DNA from: an uncultured delta proteobacterium
Lineage (GTDB): Bacteria > Desulfobacterota > Syntrophia > Syntrophales > Smithellaceae
Reading direction: 5' to 3'
Length of the DNA: 64,000 nucleotides
Assembly: GCA_963851005.1 (NCBI GenBank)
Contig: CAWKNI010000008.1
Location: 155,199 to 219,198, forward strand
Each line of letters starts with the position of its first letter. Position 1 is the stretch's first letter. Both the position numbers and the translations under genes were made by a program. Below the pieces are notes generated by a model. It saw nothing but the letters and a program-made list of their open reading frames with translations. It searched no databases and was not told the origin of the DNA. This document shows positions 53,675-62,905 of the stretch, piece after piece.

Positions 53675-55345
53675 ATGAAGAAAACCAAACAACACAACCC
53701 GGAAAAAAACCTGCGGTCCATTGTTGACATTGCCTCAACGCTCGGATTGATGGAAAATGATCTGGAATTATACGGCCGTTACAAGGCCAAAGTAAGGCTA
53801 GAAGTAATCCGGCGATTTCCACGCAGGAACAATTCATCTTTGATTCTTGTGTCGGCCATGACGCCGACCCCTGCCGGTGAAGGAAAGACCACCGTGTCCA
53901 TCGGGCTTGCGCAGGCTCTGGCTAAAATCGGCAAGTCCACCATCGCGGCTTTGAGGGAACCATCACTCGGGCCTGTTTTCGGCATCAAAGGCGGGGCCAC
54001 CGGTGGCGGACTTTCCCGCGTTCATCCGGTCGATGACATTAATCTCCATTTCACAAACGACTTCCCAGCAGTAGAAAGTGCGCACAATCTGCTTTCCGCC
54101 ATCGTTGACAATTCCATTTTTCACGGTAATCCTTTAAATATCGATCCGCGTAAAATCACCTGGCGTAGGGTTATAGACATGAATGACCGCTCGCTTCGGG
54201 ATATTGTTATTGGTCTGGGCGGTTCCACTAACGGAGTACCCCGGGAAACAGGATTTGATATTGTTCCCTCCAGTGAAATTATGGCAATTCTCTGCCTTTC
54301 ACGCTCCTATGAAGAATTGAAAGACAGGATACGCAAGATTCTGGTGAGTTATACTTATGACGACCATCCGGTGATTGCCGGCGACCTGAAGGTAGAAGGA
54401 GCGGTCACGGCACTCTTGAAATATGCGTTACTACCCAATCTTGTGCAGACCACCGAAGGCGTTCCGGCCGTTATACACGGCGGTCCATTCGCCAACATTG
54501 CCCAGGGTACCAACAGTATCATGGGCACGGACCTGGCGCTTCGTCTGGCGGATTATGTGGTAACCGAAGCCGGATTTGGCTTTGATCTCGGCGCAGAGAA
54601 GTATTTCGACATCGTTGCGCCCTACGGCAATTTTAATCCCCGAATTGTTATTTTGGTTGCCACTGTTCGTGCGTTGAAATATCACGCGGGCATTGCGCGA
54701 GAAGAACTGAACGATCCCAACCCCCATGCGGCCGTTCTGGGAATGGCAAATCTGCGCAAGCACTATGAAAATATAGACAAATTCAACGTCCCCTGCATTG
54801 TTGCTTTAAACCGGTTTCCTTCTGACGCGGATGAAGAAATAAAGGTGGTTGTGGAAGCTGCTGAAAATGAAGGTATGAACATCGCCCCGGTGGATATCTT
54901 TAGTCTGGGAGGCGAGGGCGGTTTGGAGCTTGCAGAAAAGACAGTCCGGTTGATAGCCGAAGCCAAAGGAACATTTAAGCCGCTCTATGACTGGAAACTG
55001 CCGGTGGAAGATAAAATATTTAAAATTGCGAGCGAAATCTACGGCGCTGTTTCCATTGATTACCAATCGCAGGCTAGACGCAATCTCGATATGATCAAAA
55101 AAATTGGATACGATAAACTGCCGGTCTGCATTGCCAAAACCCAGCAATCGCTGTCCGACAACCCGAGCCTTTTGGGTCTTCCCAGCAACTTTGTCGTTAC
55201 TGTGCGGGAAATTAAAATCGCTGCCGGCGCGGGCTTTTTGGTCCCCATTACCGGAGAAATTCTCCGGATGCCCGGCCTTTCCAAAGAGCCCGCCGCCTAC
55301 AATATTAATATTGACGATACCGGAAATATAACGGGAATTTTATAG
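53675..55345 (+). CDS. fhs: Formate-tetrahydrofolate ligase
   Basis: 556 aa; TPTPAGEGKTT P-loop, GIKGGATGGG, PNLVQT.EG.PA.IHGGPFANIA blocks. Confidence 0.95.
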   Translation: MKKTKQHNPEKNLRSIVDIASTLGLMENDLELYGRYKAKVRLEVIRRFPRRNNSSLILVSAMTPTPAGEGKTTVSIGLAQALAKIGKSTIAALREPSLGPVFGIKGGATGGGLSRVHPVDDINLHFTNDFPAVESAHNLLSAIVDNSIFHGNPLNIDPRKITWRRVIDMNDRSLRDIVIGLGGSTNGVPRETGFDIVPSSEIMAILCLSRSYEELKDRIRKILVSYTYDDHPVIAGDLKVEGAVTALLKYALLPNLVQTTEGVPAVIHGGPFANIAQGTNSIMGTDLALRLADYVVTEAGFGFDLGAEKYFDIVAPYGNFNPRIVILVATVRALKYHAGIAREELNDPNPHAAVLGMANLRKHYENIDKFNVPCIVALNRFPSDADEEIKVVVEAAENEGMNIAPVDIFSLGGEGGLELAEKTVRLIAEAKGTFKPLYDWKLPVEDKIFKIASEIYGAVSIDYQSQARRNLDMIKKIGYDKLPVCIAKTQQSLSDNPSLLGLPSNFVVTVREIKIAAGAGFLVPITGEILRMPGLSKEPAAYNINIDDTGNITGIL

Positions 55346-55600
55346 CTTTTAAAATCGTTTTAAAATCTTGACAGCATTTTCTCGTTTAATGCATCAGGCC
55401 TAAAAAAAGAAGCTTTTGATAAGAACTTCCTTTTATACCAATTTGCAGTCAACAGTATACCGAGACGGCAGTGAAACTCGAATTACAGTTACGCAGTAAA
55501 CTTGTAATTCGTTAGTTGTAATGAGCCTCAAAATTCAGGAACAAAATGAACTGAATTTTGTAAGCCGAATTATCCAATGGCTTTTGGCTATTGGAAACTG

Positions 55601-55732
55601 TCCCAATTTTGTGGGGCAAGGAAGAAGCGACGCAGGCGTATTATTACATACGTCGAGGAGTCGATGACCCCGGCCTTCGCCGGGGCAGGCTGTGCCGACA
55701 AAGGTAAACGAATGAATGCGAATTGGTATTAG
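55601..55732. repeat. B-type repeat, divergent copy B3
   Basis: gcgacgcaggcgtattattacatacgtcgaggag...gccgacaaaggtaaacgaatgaatgcgaattggtattag. Confidence 0.6.
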
Positions 55733-55832
55733 TGGTTTGCAATATAGGAAGCGTGGTCTTATGTGTCAATGAAATCTTGTGGTGTGAATTGTTTGTTTCC
55801 GATTTAATGAATTATAGAGTATGCCTCCTAAA

Positions 55833-57797
55833 TTAGCGGCATAATCCTCTGCCTTGAGCGGCTTCTAATAATTTACAATTCCCCAATTCACATGCTTTTC
55901 GCGCGTCGCGACAGCCGGAAATATTATCACTCTGAGTTAGATAAACACGAGCCCTGTTGTTGTAAGCGTCGGCATAATCAGATTTCAAGCGGATGGCTTC
56001 ATTGAAATCCTCTAAGGCTTTTTGATAAATATCCATCTGGGTATAGACGATTCCTCTATTGTTGTAAGCTTTTATATAATAAGGATTAAGGACGATCGCC
56101 CTGTTAAGATCCTCAATAGCCAGTTGATACTGACCATGTTTGGCATAAAGAGTCCCCCTGTCGTAATAGATTCGGTCAGAATCAACTTTCAGGCGGATTG
56201 CCTCGCCATAGTCTTCAATCGCCTGCCTGTAATTGTCGAGGCCACCATAGGCATTACCCCTGTTAGTATAGGCCTCTGCATAATTTGGTTTGATTTCGAT
56301 CGCCCTGTTTAAGTCCTCAATCGCCTGCCTATAATTGCCGAGACCATTATAGGCAAAACCCCGGTTAGTATAAGCGAGCCAATTATTATCAGTAACTTTC
56401 AAAGTGTGATCATACAATGTAAAGTTATTCTGCCAGCACCCGATCTGTGTCCATGTTTTAATTGATAGGCACAAAACGATCAATATAGATATTGTCAAAA
56501 GTATTTCTTTCCGGTAGTTCCATTTTTTCAAGAGATCCGGAACACCCCATGCCACCACGATGAATAACCCTATCAGGGGGATATAAGTGTATCGGTCCGC
56601 CATGGCTTGAGCGCCGGCCTGCACTATACCGATGACAGGCACAAGCGTGCCTATATACCATAGCCAACCCATTGCCAAATAAGGAGATCTCTTAACCCTC
56701 CGGATAACTACTAAGGTTATAGCGATAAGGAGGAATACCGACCCCAAAACCTGCCAGGGAATCAAGAACTTTGGATAAGGATAAAAGACGGCAAGATTAT
56801 TCGGCCAGATCATCTTTCCAATGTAAGCGATATAGGAAATGAAGGCATTCCCAATACAAACACCCAGAGGAGGGACTTCAAAATATGAGACAGCTCCTGC
56901 AATTTGTGGGGCGACTAATGTTATGATACTTGAAAAGATTGACAGGATAAAAAGGGGAACTTTTTCCCAGAGTAGAGGATAGATCAATGACCATTTGTAT
57001 TCGAGATCGGCTGGTTTCTTTACTTCCAATATTTCCTTTACCGTTTGCTTACTTTTAAACTTCTTTTTTTGTTTATCAGAAGTAACTTGTTTAGACACTT
57101 CAGGCTGCATTTTGTGGTCCGGTGTTGTTTCCTGAAAACGCTGCAAGGGCCAGTAATCCAGAAGCAGCAGTACAAAAGGAAGGGTTACCAACATGGGTTT
57201 TGACATCAGGCCCAGGACAAAAAACAGAAGGACAAAGAAATATCTCCGAAATCCCGGATGTTCAACATAATAACTGTACGCTCCCATGGTGAGCATAAAG
57301 AAGAAAGTAGAAAGAACATCCTTGCGCTCTACTATCCACGCAACAGATTCTGCATGGAGGGGATGTATTGCAAACAGACAGGCTACAAAGGCACTTGGCC
57401 AGAGTGTCTTTGTCATCCGGCGTAATATAAGAAAAAGGAGTATGGTGTTCATAACATGGAAGAGAAGATTAATCAGGTGATAACCGGAAGGGTTGAGGCC
57501 AAAGATTTGATAATCAAGCATCAATGACAGCCATGTTACCGGATGCCAATGACCGCTTTCATTCACTAATTCAGAAGAAAAGAAAAAGGCTTGTCCTATA
57601 CTATGCCAATTCAGGCCTGATTGTACATAAGCATTTTCATACACGTAGACATTATCATCAAGGTTGATAAAGCCGCAGTCTTTGAGTGACCAAAAGGTGA
57701 TAACCGTGAGTATCGCCAGAGCCAGGCAAATCAAGACCGGAAGCAAAATCTTATGTTGGGTTGCTTTTGAGCTTAACATTCCTTGTGAAGTTGGCAT
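55833..57797 (-). CDS. TMTC-like GT-C glycosyltransferase/TPR protein, paralog 3 (6 TPR units)
   Basis: 654 aa; GFINLDD, HPLHAESVAWIVERKD, tail GCRDARKACELGNCKLLEAAQGRGLCR. Confidence 0.7.
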   Translation of the reverse strand: MPTSQGMLSSKATQHKILLPVLICLALAILTVITFWSLKDCGFINLDDNVYVYENAYVQSGLNWHSIGQAFFFSSELVNESGHWHPVTWLSLMLDYQIFGLNPSGYHLINLLFHVMNTILLFLILRRMTKTLWPSAFVACLFAIHPLHAESVAWIVERKDVLSTFFFMLTMGAYSYYVEHPGFRRYFFVLLFFVLGLMSKPMLVTLPFVLLLLDYWPLQRFQETTPDHKMQPEVSKQVTSDKQKKKFKSKQTVKEILEVKKPADLEYKWSLIYPLLWEKVPLFILSIFSSIITLVAPQIAGAVSYFEVPPLGVCIGNAFISYIAYIGKMIWPNNLAVFYPYPKFLIPWQVLGSVFLLIAITLVVIRRVKRSPYLAMGWLWYIGTLVPVIGIVQAGAQAMADRYTYIPLIGLFIVVAWGVPDLLKKWNYRKEILLTISILIVLCLSIKTWTQIGCWQNNFTLYDHTLKVTDNNWLAYTNRGFAYNGLGNYRQAIEDLNRAIEIKPNYAEAYTNRGNAYGGLDNYRQAIEDYGEAIRLKVDSDRIYYDRGTLYAKHGQYQLAIEDLNRAIVLNPYYIKAYNNRGIVYTQMDIYQKALEDFNEAIRLKSDYADAYNNRARVYLTQSDNISGCRDARKACELGNCKLLEAAQGRGLCR

Positions 57798-57846
57798 TTT
57801 TTCTTCGTCTTTCGTTCAATCCAAGTTCTGAAAACTTTTCGGAAGT

Positions 57847-57900
57847 GTTTACCACACATTCAGTTGGAGTTCAGCCATTTTTTGATTATTATCGATTGAA
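57847..57900 (-). repeat. Conserved upstream module U5
   Basis: Minus strand ttcaatcgataataatcaaaaaatggctgaactccaactgaatgtgtggtaaac; abutted by the IS91-like element. Confidence 0.7.
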
Positions 57901-58076
57901 GAACTAAACCGCTACGCGGTAGCCATCTAATCGTTTTTTCATCGGATCACAACAAACCAGTCCTTATAAATTCAACAAGGTATTTTAGCGCTTGTTGATC
58001 AAGCGGAATCCCCATACAGCTTCCTTTGCTATACCGCCTTCATGAACAGGCGGAATTTATAATCAAAGGAGATTGT

Positions 58077-58925
58077 ATGATGGGAAAGTTAAGAGATCAG
58101 ATGCTTGTAGATTTACAGTTGAGCGGAGCAAAGCCGAGGACGCAAAAGACCTACCTGCGGGAAGTTGAGAACCTGACAAAACACTTTAACCGGTCCCCGG
58201 AGGAACTGGGAGAAGCCGAACTCAAGGAGTACATGCTTTATCTTATCAATGAGCGACATTTGTCTGAAGGGACATTCCGGTTTTATGTAGCGGGCCTTAA
58301 ATTTTTCTACAGAACGACGCTGAAACGCGACTGGCCAGTGGAGAAGATCAGGCATCCCCGGAGCAAGAGAAAACTACCGGTTGTTCTGGATTTATCGGAA
58401 GTGGAATCCCTTTTTTCAGTCACGAGGAACCTCAAGCACAAGGTGATCCTGATGATGACGTATTCTTCGGGACTGAGGGTAAACGAAACCGCCCGCCTTA
58501 AGTTGACTGATATCGATAGCAAACGGATGACGGTCAAGGTAAATGATGGCAAGGGCGGCAAAGATCGCTACTCCATTTTGTCCAAGACGACCCTTGAGCA
58601 TTTGCGGCAATACTGGAGAAAATATCGCCCCACGGAGTGGTTGTTTGAAGGGCAAAAGAAGGATGATCACATCACCGTCCATTCGATTCAGTTGATGTTT
58701 TATGCTGCAAGAAAGCGTGCCGGAATCATCAAGGCGGCCAGCGTGCATACGTTAAGACATAGTTTTGCCACCCACCTGATTGAAGCGGGAACGAGCCTCC
58801 ACCATGTTCAACTGCTTCTTGGCCACAGATCCCCGACGACGACCACCATCTATCTGCATGTCAGCCGGTTGAATCTGTCTCAGGTCATTTCTCCTCTCGA
58901 TAAAGCAACACAACAGATTTCGTAA
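58077..58925 (+). CDS. Tyrosine recombinase (phage-integrase family)
   Basis: ATG 58077 after aaaggag; SAM-like N-domain; catalytic RVNE..., HTLRHSFATHL, LLGHRS...T..YLH (R-H-R-Y set). Confidence 0.85.
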   Translation: MMGKLRDQMLVDLQLSGAKPRTQKTYLREVENLTKHFNRSPEELGEAELKEYMLYLINERHLSEGTFRFYVAGLKFFYRTTLKRDWPVEKIRHPRSKRKLPVVLDLSEVESLFSVTRNLKHKVILMMTYSSGLRVNETARLKLTDIDSKRMTVKVNDGKGGKDRYSILSKTTLEHLRQYWRKYRPTEWLFEGQKKDDHITVHSIQLMFYAARKRAGIIKAASVHTLRHSFATHLIEAGTSLHHVQLLLGHRSPTTTTIYLHVSRLNLSQVISPLDKATQQIS

Positions 58926-58930
58926 GCCGG

Positions 58931-60124
58931 ATGCGAACATCTGGAGGTTTTGAAGTAGCGGACATTTTTCGTCAACAGGGTACTGCTTATAGATCATCCC
59001 ATCGGTTGCCCCGCAATCATCTGCGGGTCATGCACGCCATTGAGCTCTGCAGAACCTCTGTCCTGGGCGGTCATAAGGATAAGTGCGATAACTGCGGCCA
59101 TCTGGAGATATCTTATAACTCCTGCCGGAACCGGCACTGTCCCAAATGTCAGACCCTGGCGAAGGAAAAATGGATCGAGGCTCGCGGTGAAGATCTTCTG
59201 CCAATTGAATATTTTCATGTGGTCTTCACCATACCCTCGGAACTTAATCTCCTGGTATCGATGAACCAAAAGGTCATGTACGATCTTCTTTTCCGTTCGG
59301 TTTCCGAAACGGTCATTGAACTTGCCAACGACCCGAAACATCTCGGCGCAAAAATAGGCGTCATTAGTATTCTGCACACCTGGGGGCAGAATCTTATGGA
59401 TCATCCCCACATCCACTGTATTGTCACCGGGGGTGGGCTTTCCTCTGATGGAAACCGCTGGGTGTCTTGCCGGAAAGGTTTCTTCCTCCCCGTAAGGGTC
59501 TTGTCGGCGTTGTTCAGCGGGAAGTTTCTGGATTACCTCAAGCATTGTTTCAAAAACGGTGTTCTGGTATTCGATGGTACGATCCGTCATCTCAAGGTAC
59601 CCGGCAACTTCAATCTTTTCAGGAAACAGCTCTATGAAAAGAAATGGGTTGTTTACTGCAAACCGCCATTTGGCGGTCCCGAAGGTGTTCTCAAGTATCT
59701 CGGCCGATATACCCACCGGATCGCCATCAGTAACAACCGCATCCTTTCCAACCGGGATGGCAGGGTCTCCTTCTTATGGCGGGATTATGCCGACGATAAC
59801 CGTCAAAAGACCATGACGCTCAAGACAGATGAATTTATCAGAAGGTTCCTTCTTCACGTATTACCCGAACGCTATGTGCGGATACGCCACGTCGGTCTCC
59901 TGGCAAACAGAAACCGCCAAGATAATATCGCATTATGCCATACGATGATGGGTGGTGTTAAAAAGGCAACAAAAGAAAAGAGGCGGGAAACCTGGCAGGA
60001 GCAGTTGCTCAGAATTACCGGAATCGATGTCACGGTCTGTCCCTTCTGCCAGAAAGGCAAAATGTGCAGAATAGAACGGCTACTTCCCGTCAGGTGCAAC
60101 AGTCCGCCGGAGTTACTCAGATGA
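58931..60124 (+). CDS. IS91-family HUH/Y2 rolling-circle transposase
   Basis: 397 aa; N-terminal Zn-binding CDNCGH...CRNRHCPKC, HTWGQNLMDHPHIHCIV (HUH), YLGRYTHRIAISNNRI (Y2). Confidence 0.85.
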   Translation: MRTSGGFEVADIFRQQGTAYRSSHRLPRNHLRVMHAIELCRTSVLGGHKDKCDNCGHLEISYNSCRNRHCPKCQTLAKEKWIEARGEDLLPIEYFHVVFTIPSELNLLVSMNQKVMYDLLFRSVSETVIELANDPKHLGAKIGVISILHTWGQNLMDHPHIHCIVTGGGLSSDGNRWVSCRKGFFLPVRVLSALFSGKFLDYLKHCFKNGVLVFDGTIRHLKVPGNFNLFRKQLYEKKWVVYCKPPFGGPEGVLKYLGRYTHRIAISNNRILSNRDGRVSFLWRDYADDNRQKTMTLKTDEFIRRFLLHVLPERYVRIRHVGLLANRNRQDNIALCHTMMGGVKKATKEKRRETWQEQLLRITGIDVTVCPFCQKGKMCRIERLLPVRCNSPPELLR

Positions 60125-60912
60125 GGTTCACGCACAATGTAAAAATCATATCTTCGGTTTCCTGCGAAAAAAATACTCCTTTTCGCCTTGGTGTCCTATT
60201 GTCCAAAATCAAATCTACGCTCAGAAGCTTATCAAGAAGCGCTCAATCTATAACGTTCCCGGCTCACATTACGGATCAGGTTCAACTCAAAACAGACATC
60301 CGTCATCGTGTTCTATCTGTCAGGCAGTACAAAAGCAGCGCAAACACCCCATTGAAACCCCATAGCTCACGACACGCGGCTTAGTTCTTCAAGCGTCAAT
60401 CCAAAATTGAACCAACTCCTCGAACCTCATCGCACTCCTTCGCTTTATCAACTTTGGATTGACGCTTATTTCGAAACATACATGACAGTATTCTGTCACA
60501 AAGGAGAATGAAAATATTGACCTATCTGTAGCTTTTAGTATATTCATGACTATCGATATAATAGAATAACGAATGATTCAACAGGGTAAAGGTCGAACCT
60601 TACTGGTGGTTACAACCCCGTGGTTGAAACTGACATGGCCAGGCGTAAGAACAAAAGAATGTTGCCACGAGCACGCAGATGAAATTTTTACACTCTGCCC
60701 GGCCTCCTGTTGATCATATAGCTCTTTAAAAAAGTTAACAATATTAGTTTCTTTTAGGCACATTTTCAGATGAAGGTTGTGTGAATTGGGAAAATAAGAA
60801 AAACAACATTACAGGAAAAAGTGCTTGCTGAGTTTACCTACAACTATTCAGTGATGGGCAGTTGTCAGACCTTATTGCCATTCATAATGAATGATAGATT
60901 ATGCCTCCTAAA

Positions 60913-62763
60913 TCAGCGGCATAATCCCCTGCCTCTAGCGGCTTCTAATGTTTTACAGTTTCCCAGTTCACATGCTTTTCGCGCGTCAAAGCAGCCCAGT
61001 TCCTTGATGTCATGAGTTAAATAAATTACCGCTCTGTTTTTGTAGGCATCTGTATAACCCGGTTTTATTTCGATCGCCCTGTTTAAATCCTCAATCACTT
61101 GCCTGTAATTGCCGAGGCCGTAAAAGCTTATACTCCTAGCATAATAGGCCTCTGCATGAACCGGTTTTATTTCGATCTCCCTGTCATAATCCTCAATCGC
61201 TTGCCTGTAATTGCCGAGGTCATTATAGATATTACCCCTGTTATGATAGATGAGCCAATTATTATCAGTCACTTTCAAAGTGTGATCAAACAATGTAATG
61301 CTGTTCTGCCAGTACCCGACCTGCGTCCATGCAATAATACAAAAGCACAAAATGATCAATACTGATAATGTCAAAAGTATTTCCTTCCGGTATTTCCATT
61401 GTTTCAAGAGTTCCGGAACACCCCATGCCATCATGATTAATAACCCTATCAGGGGGATATAAGTGAATCTGTCCGCCCTGGCTTGACCGCCAGCCTGCAC
61501 TATACCAATGACAGGAATTAGTGTGCCTATATACCACAGCCAACCTGTTGCCAAATAAGGGGATCTCTTAACCATCCAGATAACTACTAAGGTTATAGCG
61601 ATAATGAATAATACCGACCCAAAAACCTGCCAGGGAACTAACAACACCGGATGAGGATACAAGACGGCAAGATTATTCGGCCAGATCATCTTTCCAATGT
61701 AAGAGATATAGGAAACAACGGCATTCCCGATGCGAAGAAATAGTGGAAACAATTCAGATTTGACAGCTCCTACTTTTTGCTCGGCAACGTATGTTACGAT
61801 GCTAAAAAGTATTGACAGGATAAAAAGGGGAACTTTTTCCCAGAGTAGAGGATAGATCAATGACCATTTATGTTCAGGATCAGCTGGTTTCTTTACTTCC
61901 AATGTTTCCTTTACCACCTGCTTTTTTGTAGATTTCTTTTTTTGTTTGTCAGAAGTCACGGACTTATATACTTCAGTCTGGATTTTCTGATCTGGTTTTA
62001 TTGTTGAAACTCCAATTCTAATGAGACTCGCTGAAAACGAATCCCGACAAGTCGGGACGAAGTTTGAAGCGTTAGTCGAATTATCCCGTGTAGCGGAGAG
62101 TTTAATACCCATGATTTTCTGAAAACGCTGCAGAGGCCAGTAATCCAGAGGCAGCAGCACAAAAGGGAGAGTGACCAACATGGGTTTAGCCATCAGGCCA
62201 AGGACAAAAAAATGTCTCCGAAATCCCGGATGTTCAACATAATAGCTGTACGCTCCCATGGTAAGCATCCAGAAGAAAGTGGAAAGAACATCCTTGCGCT
62301 CTGCTATCCAGGCAACAGACTCCACATGGAGGGGATGTATTGCAAACAGAGCGGCTACAAAGGCGCTTGGCCAGAGTGTCTTTGTCATCCGGTGGAATAT
62401 GAGAAAAAGGAGGATGGTGTTCATTACATGGAAAAGAAGGTTTATCAGGTGATAACCGTGGGGATTGAGGCCGAAGATTTGATAGTCAAGCATCAATGAC
62501 AGCCATGTTACTGGAAGCCAAAGACCGCTTTTACCCCCAGCTAATTCAGAAGAAAAGGCTTGTCTTATACTATTCCAATTCAGACCGGATTGTACAGAAG
62601 CATTTTCATACACATAGATATTGTCATCAAGGTTGATAAAGCCGTAATCCTTGAGGGACCAAAAGGTAATTACCGTTAGTATCGTTAAAGCCACGCAAAT
62701 CAAGGCCGGAATCAAAATCTTCTGTTGGGTTGTTTCCGAGTTTAACGTTCCTTGGATTGGCAT
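60913..62763 (-). CDS. TMTC-like GT-C glycosyltransferase/TPR protein, paralog 4, carrying an in-frame 114-nt repeat insertion
   Basis: Start at ATG 62763 aligns with the paralogs (track start 62781). Motifs GFINLDD, HPLHVESVAWIAERKD and tail GCFDARKACELGNCKTLEAARGRGLCR. It has 38 extra residues, MGIKLSATRDNSTNASNFVPTCRDSFSASLIRIGVSTI. Confidence 0.7.
   Translation of the reverse strand: MPIQGTLNSETTQQKILIPALICVALTILTVITFWSLKDYGFINLDDNIYVYENASVQSGLNWNSIRQAFSSELAGGKSGLWLPVTWLSLMLDYQIFGLNPHGYHLINLLFHVMNTILLFLIFHRMTKTLWPSAFVAALFAIHPLHVESVAWIAERKDVLSTFFWMLTMGAYSYYVEHPGFRRHFFVLGLMAKPMLVTLPFVLLPLDYWPLQRFQKIMGIKLSATRDNSTNASNFVPTCRDSFSASLIRIGVSTIKPDQKIQTEVYKSVTSDKQKKKSTKKQVVKETLEVKKPADPEHKWSLIYPLLWEKVPLFILSILFSIVTYVAEQKVGAVKSELFPLFLRIGNAVVSYISYIGKMIWPNNLAVLYPHPVLLVPWQVFGSVLFIIAITLVVIWMVKRSPYLATGWLWYIGTLIPVIGIVQAGGQARADRFTYIPLIGLLIMMAWGVPELLKQWKYRKEILLTLSVLIILCFCIIAWTQVGYWQNSITLFDHTLKVTDNNWLIYHNRGNIYNDLGNYRQAIEDYDREIEIKPVHAEAYYARSISFYGLGNYRQVIEDLNRAIEIKPGYTDAYKNRAVIYLTHDIKELGCFDARKACELGNCKTLEAARGRGLCR
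62003..62116. repeat. D/E-type mosaic repeat inserted inside a CDS (114 nt, in frame)
   Basis: gttgaaactccaattct.. (cf. 43020), gaatcccgacaagtcgggacgaagtt (cf. 40501-40525, 19244-19268), gcgttagtcgaattatccc (cf. 40463-40481). Flanked by att/att. Absent from paralogs at the homologous point. Confidence 0.8.
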
Positions 62764-62810
62764 TGTATCTTTCTCTTTCATTCAATCCAAATTCTAAAAA
62801 GTTTTTAGAA

Positions 62811-62878
62811 GTATTTACCATATATTAAGTAATAGTTCAGCAATATTGTATGTCAATTAAATATTGATTATCGATTGT
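62811..62878 (-). repeat. Conserved upstream module U6
   Basis: Minus strand ttacaatcgataatcaat...attgctgaactattacttaatatatggtaaatac, then the leader cttctaaaaactttttagaatttgga. Confidence 0.65.
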
Positions 62879-62905
62879 AATGAATGATAGATTATGCCTA
62901 CTAAA

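Larger units (their letters stand above)
57901..60467 (+). mobile_element. IS91-family-like element carrying a tyrosine recombinase gene (boundaries approximate)
   Basis: Integrase + HUH-Y2 transposase genes. Imperfect inverted repeat gaactaaaccgc (57901-57912) / gcggcttagttc (60376-60387). A 15-bp-stem hairpin follows at 60391-60467. The element splits the tandem array of TMTC-like paralogs. Confidence 0.7.
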
